Source of the DNA: Blastocladiella emersonii ATCC 22665
Taxonomy: Eukaryota > Fungi > Blastocladiomycota
Direction of reading: 5' to 3'
DNA: 64,000 nucleotides
Assembly: GCA_025594325.1 (NCBI GenBank)
Contig: JANHCV010000007.1
Span: forward strand, 1,798,001 to 1,862,000
A program made the translations under genes and the position numbers. Below the pieces are notes generated by a model. The model searched no databases. It saw only the letters and a program-made list of their open reading frames with translations, and was not told where the DNA came from. Positions 35,101 to 45,312 of the stretch are shown here, in pieces. Numbering within the stretch: position 1 is the first letter of the stretch; each line of letters opens with the position of its first letter.

Positions 35101-35787
35101 GTACGGCGGCTGCGTCTCGCCGGACATGGCGCTCGCGTCCACCTCCGAGTAGTCGACCTCGAGCGCGGCAAAGACCGGGTTGTCGAACTCGACGTCGACG
35201 CCGATCAGGTCGAGGGTCAGCGTGTGCGACTTGTGCGCCTCGAGTGGCGACGAGATGGTGAGCCGTGTTGCGGCGTCGCGGTTGAGGACGTAGACAAACT
35301 TTTGCTTTTCCAGCGCGCCTATAACTCGATGCGTTCAGTCCACGGAGAGGCGTGGTTCTCGTCGGAGAGAAGCAAACGCACCGATCATGACGGCGCGGCC
35401 CTTGGGGTCGGTCGCGAGGTACTCGCCGGGCACGATGCGGCGCATGCCCGACTTGCCAAACGTCTCCATGTGCAGGCGCACGAGCGAGTTGGACTCGGGC
35501 ATGTACTCGAGGATGACGATGCGGCCCGAGTCGCTGCCGACGATCAGGTAGTCCTTAGATCCGCCGACGACGCGGAAGCTGGCGATGGAGCGGATGGTGC
35601 CGAAGACGGGCTGGTCGAGCAGCGGGACGACGCGCGCGGCGCCGTCGGCGAGCACCTCGACGCGCGCCAGCTGCAGGACGGTGCCCTTGGCAAAGGCGAT
35701 CTCCTGCGCCTTGGTGCCCGAGAAGGCGCCGACCACGGCCTGGCTCACGGCCGACCCGTGCTGCAGCGTCAGGTTGTACAGATGCAT
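32110..35787 (-). CDS. SF3B3: Pre-mRNA splicing factor SF3B3/Rse1 (SAP130), 2 exons
   Basis: [97 protein letters not shown]. Confidence 0.98.
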
Positions 35788-36038
35788 GGCGGGGTGCGGG
35801 GCGCGTTGCAGCAGGTGGTGCTGGCTGCGCGGCGTTGCGGGCCTCTTGGAAGGGGGCGATAAAGCGCAGGTCGCTCGCGGGCCGGCGAGGGATTCGCGGT
35901 CGCGACGAGCGGCTGATGGGAGTGGCAGCCGCCCATGCGCGTCGGCTCTCGTCGTCGCGAACCGGCCTTCCCCGCCCCGCTGCTCCCGCATCCCACGCAA
36001 CTGCCCCATTACACTCGTTGCAACGCATCTAACACGCC

Positions 36039-36956
36039 ATGGATTATGACTTTGACCCGTTCTCAGTCGGTGCCGCCGACTACTATGACCTCGACTCGAT
36101 TCTCGCCGAGCAGCAGGTTGCGCTTGCCACTCGTCCCCTCTTGCGTTTCTGTCACTGAACCTTCAACCACTCTGTTCTTCAGGCGATCCCTGCGACTTTT
36201 CGCATCCAGGTCCCCGGCATGGGCTATCTCGAGGGCTCTGAGGAGTCCGAGGACGTGCGTCGCGCCCGCTACATGTCCACTCGGCGCCCATCTCACTCTG
36301 CTCCCCCGCCATCAGATCCTGCAAGGGACCAAGATCAACGTCCCGCTTTGGCTCGCTGAGCTGCTGAGTGTCGAAAACTACATTGAGACGGACCTGCCCA
36401 AGGCCTTTTCGGAGCCCGTCCTGCGCGCGCTCCGTGCGTCTGCGTCCAAGGTCGACGTCCACGCCCTGTCGCCCTACTACTTTTTGTTTGCCCAGAAGTT
36501 CATTCGCATGTACGTCGCTCCTCGAGATGCTCGCCCGGGTAGTACGGGCGCTGACACATCGCTTGCAGGGCGCGAGACCCAGTCGCGACGAACCTGTCCA
36601 ACGCGCTCTCCGAGGTACGCCGAGTCTCCCTCACTTGTGGACATGTCGCTCACGCAGCGTGAGTCCCTGTAGGCGTTCCGTACACGGCTGTCGGACATCA
36701 TGGACTTTGCCAAGACCCGCCTCGAGGAGCACTCATCCGAGTTCGTCCAGGCCCTCGATCTGACCGAGCGCGAGCGTACGGTTCCCACTCTCCAGTGCCT
36801 TCTCGAACACCGCTAACCAACGATTGTGTAGTCCTCAAGAAGGGCCAGGACTCTAGCCTCGAGCTGAAAAAGTGGATGATGCGCGACCCCGTCCGCATTA
36901 AGAAGGCTGCCACTCTCGCCCTTGCCGACTCGAACAAGCGCGGGTACCGCGGGTAG
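36039..36956 (+). CDS. PSF3: GINS complex subunit Psf3, multi-exon (about 5 introns)
   Basis: YYDLDSILAEQQ|AIPATFRIQVPGMGYLEG...|ILQGTKINVPLWLAELL...DLPKAFSEPVLRALRASASKVDVHAL...FVQALDLTERE. Confidence 0.88.
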
Positions 36957-37245
36957 CATAGCGACCGCGTGTGTAAATAGACGATTGTCACTCTCATTTT
37001 GGAGCTCGTCCACTCGGCTGAACTCTGAATGGCGGGTATGGGACGCCGCTGCAGCAAGCCGTTTGTAAGTCCCGTTCCTCACGGCGCTACTGCGTGGTCA
37101 TCAACTGTTGGCGGGGTCGGCTTGCTGGTGGAGTTTTGCGACGGAGAGCGGTCCGCCGCCGACGCGTCGCGTTTCAGGGCAAGCGACCAGCAAGCGACGC
37201 GTTCCCGAGTCGCTCGCTCCCCCTCAAACATCATTCCACACTACC

Positions 37246-37872
37246 ATGGAGCAACTAGAGCACATGAAACTTGATGCAAAGGTGTCCTCCGGAGGCCAAA
37301 ACGACTTGCCCGTCGAGCTTTGGGAAGTCATCGCCAACCAGGTCCTGGCGCGCGGACGTGCCGCGTCAAGCGACTCTGCTGACCCGTGGCGCTGGGACTT
37401 GCTGCGCCTCGGCAACCTGGCTCGCACAGCTTACCTCGTCACGCGTTCGCATCTATTTCGCGAGCTGGTACTTGCGTTTCGCGCCGATCCCACGAAGCCC
37501 TTGCTGCCCGCGTGGGACGTGCACCCGTTCTCGATTTTGCGCTTCATTGCTGATACGACCAATGCAAACCTTGTGCAGCGCGCCCGATCGCTCTCAGATG
37601 TTCCAGAACTGTGCCCGCTCGTGGTCCGCAGCGGCCATCTCTACTTTGCGTCGCTTGCAACTGCCGGCGACTCGCTCGAGCGCGTAAGAGGTCAACGTCG
37701 AGGCCGACAGCGTCACCGACCAACTGCGCAAGTCCATCAACTCGCTCCCCGGCCTCAAGTTGTTCAAGGTGTCCTCCACGATGTAGGGCTCGTCAGCTCA
37801 CTTCCTGATTGTTTGGATGGCGTTCCTACTTCATTGCTTTCTGCCAAGAAAAAAAAATTGCTGTCGTACTGA
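37246..37872 (+). pseudogene. F-box-like paralog D with a large internal deletion (N-terminal ~147 codons joined out of frame to the last ~33 codons)
   Basis: MEQLEHMKLDAK...LPVELWEVIA...DPWRWDLLRLGNL...DSLERV is followed directly, in another frame, by EVNVEADSVTDQLRKSINSLPGLKLFKVSSTM*, the family C-terminus. Confidence 0.8.
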
Positions 37873-38120
37873 AGCTACATTGGATGATGGCCTACTATCA
37901 AGGATTACTGGTTGCCTGGGCACATCACAATTGAGGGCAGCTACTTCGAGCAGTGATCGATGAGTAATAACGCGAACTGAGCTGGGTTTACGATGAACCG
38001 AGCGGCAGACAGTCGTTGTGGGAAGGGGAAGGGGCGAGGCGCGTTGTTCACTTCGGCGTGGTCGCGGTGACTTGGCCGGCAGCCGCTCCGGCACTCCGTC
38101 GACTGTCGAACCACGCCGCC

Positions 38121-40016
38121 ATGAAGCAATCTAAACACATGAAACTTGATGCAACTGATCCCGAGGCTGCTTCTGACCGCCACCTGCCCGTCGAGCTGTG
38201 GGAGCGCGTCGTTCATTTCGTCGTGAAGCGCGGCCGCGCTGGTTCAAACGAGTCGGTCGATCCGTGGCGCTGGGATCTGTTGCATCTCGGTAACCTATGC
38301 CGCACAACATACGCCATCACTCGCCCCTACTTGTTCCGCGAGCTGGTTCTCGGGTTCCGCGCCAACGTCGCGAAGCACCGGCTGCCCGCGTGGAACCGGA
38401 CGGCCGACGTGCACCCGCTCACCAACATGCGCCGCATTGTTGACACGACGACCTCGGACTTGATGCAGCACGTCAGGCCTCTCTCCGAGATCCCCGAACT
38501 GTGTCCGTACGTGGTCCGCACCGGTCAGCTCTACTTGGCTTCGTTCGTCACACCTCAAGACTCACTCGAGCGCGTCCGAGCCGGAATCGCATCCCTGTGG
38601 TCGTCCTTTATCGACAAAGCCGCGCTCGCGAATCTCTGCGCGGCATGCGAAATCAAAGGCGGCCTGGTCCTCACGCCGTTCCCGCTATCGCTCGTCTCTG
38701 CGCTCACCATCGTCGACTACAACGGCACGAGCTTTGATCTTCGCGAGATTGTCGGCGGTCGCAAGTGGAAGCGTCTTCCCTTCCTCGCTGCACTCGATCC
38801 GGCCCGCATCCAGAAACTCGAGTTCCGCTCCGAGTCCAAGAGCGCCGTTCAACTCGCGTCTCGGCTCGTTCGATGCTTTCCGATGGCTGCGGTATTCCAC
38901 TACTCTCATACCAGACGCGGCGCGTGGACTATGCCTGCCCCTCTCGGCATTCTTGAATTCGACTATGAGGCAAAGCACCTCGAGTACAACGTGCCTCTGA
39001 CCAGCGCCCTCCTTCTGACTAAGCGCCAAATCGAGCGAGCCCGCGAGCTTGGACTCGGCCACCTCGTGGGCGACCCGTACCAATCGCCGCACCCGTTCAT
39101 GGAACGAACGAGCGATGACAGTGCGGACGACCTTGCTGGCAGCGACAGCGACGATGACGCTATGACGAAGCGAAGCCGGGATCTCAGAGCAGCACCGCGG
39201 CACCGCGCCTACCGCCGCATTCGCTCGCTTACGTTGCGCGGAAGCACGAGTAACTTTGAGCAGCTCAGCCTGGCACTCACGCACCCGCACCTCGAGCGCC
39301 TCGGGCTACTTGTAACTCCCGAACCATCACCGACTGGACCTGGTGTCCCGACGAGTGTTTCGATGCCTTGCCTCCGCCATCTCGAAACCACGTTGTCGAT
39401 CATGTCCGGCCTCCGTGGCGATGAGCTGGCCATGCGCATCACGGAGGGCTCGCTACCGGTTCTTGAGACACTTGTCATCGTCAACGACCTGTCCGAGCGA
39501 CCCGCGAACTTGTTGGTCGAACGACGCGCAACACTCGTCTGGGACGGGGCCACAAATGAGTACACGTCCGTGGCTCCGGAACTTGACCTGCGCTACTGAC
39601 CCGCGTTTCCGTCCCTCCGCGAGCTGCGCATGGTGCCGGAATACCGCGGGCATCGCGCTCGCGCCGTCATCCAGTCTATGGACCTCGTCCAGCTCTCACG
39701 CCGCTGCCCAAAGCTCGAGCGGCTCATACTTCCGACGGTGTACACGTACATGCGCGTCGTCAAGGAGGGCGGGCTCATCTTCCCGTGCTTGCGCGAGATG
39801 GACGTGACGGCGTCCGTTTGCAGCGGCCTCGGCCGTACCACTCTCCCCGAGCTGCACAAGCTGACGGTCCGTGGCTCGCCCGACGAGATCGGGGCCGAGC
39901 TGTGGCCAAAGCTCGAGGTTCTGAGAGTCGAGGCGGACAGCGTGAGCGACGAGGTGCGCGAGCAAATCGCGTCTCTCCCCGGCCTCAAGTCGTTCAAGGT
40001 TGCAGAGGTGCTCTGA
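38121..40016 (+). pseudogene. F-box-like/LRR paralog C with an in-frame premature TGA (39597-39599)
   Basis: LRY-TGA-PAFPSLREL, where the paralogs have R(D/N/E)-W-PAFP. The downstream ORF 39630-40016 is in the same frame. Confidence 0.8.
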
Positions 40017-40563
40017 GCTTTGCTCCCCTGTACCTTCGCCTGTCGTGTGAGTACATGCCTTTTCGTTCAGAGCTGATGGGTTTTGCATCGCGGGTGCGCG
40101 GTCCCGCATAGTCTCGTCGCTATCAATCACGTTTGACCAGCAAGGCTCTCGCAGAGCTATGAGTGTAGCGCGCATGCAACCTTGTAGCGTAACAATCATG
40201 ATTCCCGCCAGCCGGCAGCGCGCACGCCAAAGAGATAGGTATGGAGTGCCGGCATCGTGAACGACGCGTCGCGTTTCAAGTTGGCTGTCCGTGTTGCCTG
40301 CCGACGCTGGGCATTTTCAAGCACACCATGAGCGCCGCCACGGCCCTCAAGCACCACCAAGCTGTTGACCGCAGTCCTCGTCTGCGCTGGAACCGCCAAA
40401 TAGTTGACCTCAAAGCACGAGGCTCATCCCGGTCCTGTCGAGACCAGCGAGGAGAAGGGGATATGACCGCGCCGTTGATGGCTCGAGGATGGCAAGAATT
40501 CTCCCTCACGTGTTTTGACATAGCGCACGCAAATTCTATCGGCCGTGGGTCATTGTGACGCGA

Positions 40564-42188
40564 CGTTCAGTGCATCGTGACCAAATGGGCTTCCACGGGA
40601 CTCGGGTGAGTGCAGTCATAACCTCGCGACCCACGGTGGGTGCAGTCCGAACCTCGCCCGACCGCTACAAAAGGCGGCCGCTGACCCCGCTCCCCCTCCT
40701 CTCTCGCTCATCACCTCAAGTAATCTCGAGACGAAGCAAAAGCATTTCCACCATGCAGTCCATCATCGTCTCGACTCGCGTGTCCCCCGTCGCCGCTGCT
40801 GCTCCCCTCACGCACACCGCTGGGATGTCGGCGGCGATGGCGGGTGCGCACCACCACGCCGCTCTCTGCCGCCCCTCCTCCTCGGCGGCGGCGGCGGATG
40901 AGCCGTCCTCGGTGGACTCAACGCCCTCGCCTCGGTCAGCACGCTCACCAAGCAGTTTGACGCTCTCGCCGAGGCCCACGCCCCGTGGCACACCACCACG
41001 AGTGCGTCGACGCAGCAGCAGCGGGGCTCCGACGCCGCGCCCAAGGCCGCCGCCGCCGAGTACTCGACGCTGGCCGAGTACATTGCGGCACACCACGACG
41101 AGCTGTTCGGCGCCGACTGCCCCGTGTACACGGCCGCCGAGACCGCCGAGGCGACGCGCCAGATTCGCGCGTGGTTCGCCGAGCAGGAGGCCCGCGAGCG
41201 CGCCACCGCCGCCGCCGCCGCCCAGCAGGCCGTGGTCAACCAGCAGCAGCACATGCAGTGGCAGCCGTGGCAGCAGCCCGAGGCGCGCGAGTGGCACGTC
41301 GCCGCGCCTCAGCATGTGCAGTTCGAGCTCGACTACGACCCGTACTGGTGCCCCGCGTTCGAGTACCCGACACAGTCCATCTTCCCGACCCAGCAGCAGC
41401 AGCAGCGGCAGTACCAGCCGCAGTGGCAGCAGCAGCCGGCGCAGCTGTTCGAGTCGGGTTTCCAGGCCAAGGTCGACCAGGAACAGCACACGCAGCAGCC
41501 GTGGCAGCAGCCCGAGGCGCCCGAGTGGCATGTCGCCGCGCCTCAGCGTGTGTTCGTCCGGTCGTACTACGAGGGCCCGGAACTCGAGTACCCGACCCAG
41601 TCGATCTTCCCGAAGCGGCAGCCGTGGTGGCAGCCCGAGCTGCTCGAGTCGGGTCCCGTCTTTGCCAAGCCGGCGCCGGCCGTGGTCGTGGCCGCTCCTG
41701 TTCAGCCGTCGTGGCAGCAGCAGCCGCGGGAGCGGTCCGCGTCGCCCGCCGTCGCCTTCGTCGTTCCTCAGCAACAGCCCAAGGCCGCCTCATCGACCGT
41801 CCAGTACGACGACGACGACGAGGAAGAGCCCATCCCGGTTCTGCGCATCGAGTCGGTCCCGCTCGCGTCGCTCAAGCCGAGCAAGTGCCGCGAGCTCCTG
41901 ACCCAGGCCAAGCGCTGGATCCGCTACCACACCAAGCGCAGCAGCAGCAGCAGCAGCTCGGCGACTGCGCCCATGCCGCTCGCCGCCAGCAAGAAGGTCG
42001 TCGACTTTGGCTCGGACCGCACGCTCGTTGGCACCGAGTGCCCGGTCTCCAAGGCCAAGTCGTCGTCGTCGTCACCATCGCGGTGGGGCGCCATCAAGCG
42101 CCAGTGCGCCGCCGTGGTCCGGCCGGCGGCCGTCCTGGCGTAGTTTGATCGTTGGTGTATACCCGGTGTGATTTGATACCCAGTAATT
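40564..42188 (+). repeat. 1625-bp inverted duplication, right copy (partner 14900-16524)
   Basis: Near-identical to the reverse complement of 14900-16524, including promoter and 3' UTR. Confidence 0.95.
40753..42143 (+). CDS. Orphan Gln/Trp/Pro-rich protein, copy 2
   Basis: The 339-aa ORF 41124-42143 is identical to copy 1 except for one Ala>Thr change. Confidence 0.6.
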
Positions 42189-42369
42189 GTATTATCTTCT
42201 CGGTTTCTCTCCTCTACGAATGACTGCTTGATGCTCGAGGTGATCAAGGAGTACGTGAGTGGCGACCTGCTTGCTTTCCCATCGCCATCAAGTGTTCGAT
42301 CAGCCACAAGTTACCTTATCCTCACTCACAGCTTTGGTTTGGACTTTGCGGGAGATATCGCTCGTCTCA

Positions 42370-43031
42370 ATCTCGCTCGATCTATTCGTCCGCATCATCA
42401 CTGAGCTGATACGCCAGACCCTCCATCGCAAGCGTGCACACCTCGCTCATCACGCGGGACATGATCTCGGGCTTCTGTAGGACGAAGCACTGCTCGAGCG
42501 TGACCGACGTGGACGTGCGGTCCTTGGCCGACTTACACGAGGTGAATCGGGTCGTCGTCGACGGAAATGCACTCAAACGGCAGCAGGCGGTGGCGCACCT
42601 CAATGTTGCAGGTGCAGCGGACCCGAGCACGCGTGTAATGTGCACGGCCATGACAAGAATGTTTGTTTTCTTGGCGCCCCGCCGGTGCTCACTGCGCTGA
42701 GGTCGTTGGTCCTGCCGCTGGCGAGCGAAGCCTCTTCGTAGAGCGTCGGCATGACGCGCGCAAGCTTGAACTCGGACCCGTCTAGGATCTGCTGAAAGCG
42801 GTGTATGAGCAACCTGACGTCACCGCATCCGTGCGCCACGAGCTGATCAAGACGATGCTTCCCAAGTTTCAAATTTTGGCCGTTCGTGGTGCGCCAGGGT
42901 TGGTTCTCGTCACGTGTTGGCCAGACCTGAGGGTGATCGAGATTAAGGTGGTCGGCGTGAGCAAGTCGGTGCGCGCGAGTCTGGCGTCGCTCCCGAGGCT
43001 TGAATTGCTCCGAGTAGCTCATGTTCCGTGA
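42370..43031 (+). pseudogene. Highly degenerate relic of the F-box-like/LRR family
   Basis: DVTASVRHELIKTMLPKFQILAVRGAPGLVLVTCWPDLRVIEIKVVGVSKSVRASLASLPRLELLRV aligns with the family C-terminus. Weaker N-terminal traces are LDLFVRII, LITRDMISGF and VRSLADLHEV. Confidence 0.6.
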
Positions 43032-43284
43032 ATGTTTGATCAACGCGTCGCGTTTCAGGGCGGACACATCGGCACGTGGTGGCGCAGCCCTTCGCGTCCT
43101 CTCGCGGCGCCCCCTGAGCATGGCCCACATGGGCGCAGGGGGTCCTGCATCGGGTGCCTTCCGGCCATGCTCGAGAAGCCGTCGAGTCCCTGGGCGCGCT
43201 CTTCCCACTCGGCGGCTCACTCGAGCGCGGTCGGCCGACTGCATCCTCACTCTCCCCGAACTGCACAACTAACGTCATCATCTC

Positions 43285-43938
43285 ATGTCGCCCAAGCGCC
43301 CCGTCGTTCGCGACACGGTCTACTCGGCGACGTGTCCGGACGCGACGTACGCCGACACGTTCTGGTTCACGAAGCAGGTGGACGAGATCACCTTCGACTG
43401 CGTGTTCGCGAACGGGACACGCACGCGGCGGTTCCTCACGACGGACCTGTCCAAGGACGCGGCTAGTCCCGGTGCGCAGACGACGGCGACGAGCGGCGGC
43501 GGGTCCGTGACCGTGACGTCGCTCGGCGATGTGATCAAGGCCGGGCGCGTGGGCGAGCGCGACTTCCGGTACTACTACAACGACACGGGCGTGTACGCGC
43601 TCGCGAGCGGCGGCATGGTCGTGGGTCAGGACGAGATCGACGCGAACCGCGCGCTCAAGGAATGGACGCTGCCCGCGGGCGAGGCCGTGGCGCGGATCAA
43701 GGCGTGGCCGGCGACCGAGTTCCTCGGGTTCCGCAAGCTCGAGGTGGAGACGGCCACGGTCGGCAAGGACGGGAGCGTCAAGCGCGGGCTGCCGTGGATC
43801 CCGATCGTCGGCGGGGCGGTCGCGGTGGTCCTGCTCGTCGCGTGTGTTGCGTGTCAAGTTCGCGGGTGCCGCCGTGCCCGGCAGCGGAAGACTGAGGACG
43901 GTGACGGTGACGGTGACGTTGGCAGCGAGAAGCCGTGA
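43285..43938 (+). CDS. Single-pass membrane protein with beta-rich, possibly jacalin/beta-prism-like domain (paralog 1)
   Basis: C-terminal TM IPIVGGAVAVVLLVACVAC followed by RGCRRARQRK. CPDATYADTFW...FDC motif. No signal peptide. Confidence 0.65.
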   Translation: MSPKRPVVRDTVYSATCPDATYADTFWFTKQVDEITFDCVFANGTRTRRFLTTDLSKDAASPGAQTTATSGGGSVTVTSLGDVIKAGRVGERDFRYYYNDTGVYALASGGMVVGQDEIDANRALKEWTLPAGEAVARIKAWPATEFLGFRKLEVETATVGKDGSVKRGLPWIPIVGGAVAVVLLVACVACQVRGCRRARQRKTEDGDGDGDVGSEKP

Positions 43939-44505
43939 TATAGACGCGTTGATCCGAGGCGTGATCTGAAACGCCGAGTTCCAACTTCCCTTGAGGCTTG
44001 AGGATGAAGTGCGCGCGCGTTGAGCTCTCCGTGCGGTGTCAAGGTCGACCGCCCACGGTGCTCAGGAGCTGGCCCTGAACGACGCGGTGGTGGATCAGTG
44101 ATCCGATCACCGCGAGCGCGAACCTTCACGTTCAGGGCCTCGCCGCCGATCGCGTCGCCGTCACGGTGCGCAAGTCGTCGAGTGCACCGAAAGAAAAAAG
44201 TGACGCGTCGTTCGTGCTTATCCAGCGGGAGCGCGCCGTTCCAAAAGGGGCGACGTGATCGACCAATCAGCTTGCGGCGGAGTGGACCTGCATGCAGGAC
44301 GACTTGCCGTACTTCATCAGGCAAGCGGGCCGCCGTGAAACGTGTCCCTTGTGGGCCGAAGAAGGTCATGGACGAGAAGCCGAAGCCCGCTGCCGCCGAG
44401 GAGAACGGCCGGCGCGCTGCGATATCAGGCCGGCAGCGCCTCCCATCGCTTCTTCTCCCTCCCTCAACCACTCTTGCAAAGCATCACCATCAAGCAACCA
44501 GCCCC

Positions 44506-45114
44506 ATGTCCCGCACGACCCGGACCGTCGGCAACGCAAACGGCTTCGACCGCGCGGGCGCGCGCGTGTCCATCTCGTGCCCGGACGGCCGCTACGCCGA
44601 CCAGTTCTACGTGCGCGGGTCGGCGTCGGCGGTGCTCGACCTCGCCTTCAGCTGCACGTCCGACGAGCCTGCGGGAGGTCCCGCGCCGCAAGTCAAGTTC
44701 CTGCGCGAGGACCTGTCCAAGCTGACGCTGTCGCCGGGCGTGCGCGCGGGCACGCCCGGGACGACCGACTTTCGCGCGTACGCGAGCGGCGAGGGCGTCG
44801 AGGCGGTGCAAGCCGGCGGCGTCCTCGCGGGCCGCCCGATCCAGGGCACGTCGACGCTGTACGCGATCCCAGACACCCACGGCGTCGTGGGTATCTCGGC
44901 GGCGTTCGGGCCGGGGACCGGCGCGCCCATCGTCGCGCTCGAGATCACGTCGGCGCCGATCCCGGGTCGGGTCCCCGCGGACAGCGGGCTGTCGACGGGC
45001 GCCATCGTCGGGATCGCGGTCGGTGGCGCGGCTGCGCTGATCCTCCTCGTCGCGGCGGTCGTCGTGTTCCGGCGGCGCGGGGCCAAGGCCAAGGAGTACG
45101 CGACCGTCGCGTAG
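44506..45114 (+). CDS. Single-pass membrane protein with beta-rich, possibly jacalin/beta-prism-like domain (paralog 2)
   Basis: TM GAIVGIAVGGAAALILLVAAVVVF followed by RRRGAK. Shares CPDGRYADQFY...FSC, FLREDLSK and DFRAY with paralog 1. Confidence 0.65.
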   Translation: MSRTTRTVGNANGFDRAGARVSISCPDGRYADQFYVRGSASAVLDLAFSCTSDEPAGGPAPQVKFLREDLSKLTLSPGVRAGTPGTTDFRAYASGEGVEAVQAGGVLAGRPIQGTSTLYAIPDTHGVVGISAAFGPGTGAPIVALEITSAPIPGRVPADSGLSTGAIVGIAVGGAAALILLVAAVVVFRRRGAKAKEYATVA

Positions 45115-45312
45115 ACCGAGCTAGCAAGCAATGTTGAAGAAGAAAACGATATCCCATTCTCTAATATAGTCCCATCTGGCGTGTATCCATCAGTAGTGAG
45201 CCACGGTGAGCGGAGCGGCCATGGTCGACGTGCGGTGAAGGGTCGGTCGCTGATGGTCGACCACTTCTCTCGCACACCACGCATCAGACCCTTTGCAACG
45301 TATCGCAACACC

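Noticed and set aside
32284-35862. 1192-aa plus-strand ORF
   Set aside because: It is the antisense shadow of SF3B3. Strong GC3 bias removes stops on the opposite strand, and it has no domain motifs. The same applies to most Arg/Gly-rich ORFs in the track (e.g. 18248-19939, 25905-28253, 58971-60371).
39597-39599. In-frame TGA as selenocysteine or programmed readthrough
   Set aside because: The homologous residue is Trp (TGG), not Cys. No SECIS-like element was noticed, and other family members are also decaying, so a nonsense mutation is simpler.
40328-40558. Short ORF (MSAATALKHH...) 64 nt after the shared motif as another F-box remnant
   Set aside because: The start context and spacing are suggestive, but the peptide shows no convincing similarity to the family.
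14900-42188. Inverted repeats as TIRs/LTRs of one giant transposon
   Set aside because: The enclosed DNA is single-copy housekeeping genes. No transposase, integrase or tyrosine recombinase and no target-site duplication was seen, and the repeat is a whole gene unit.
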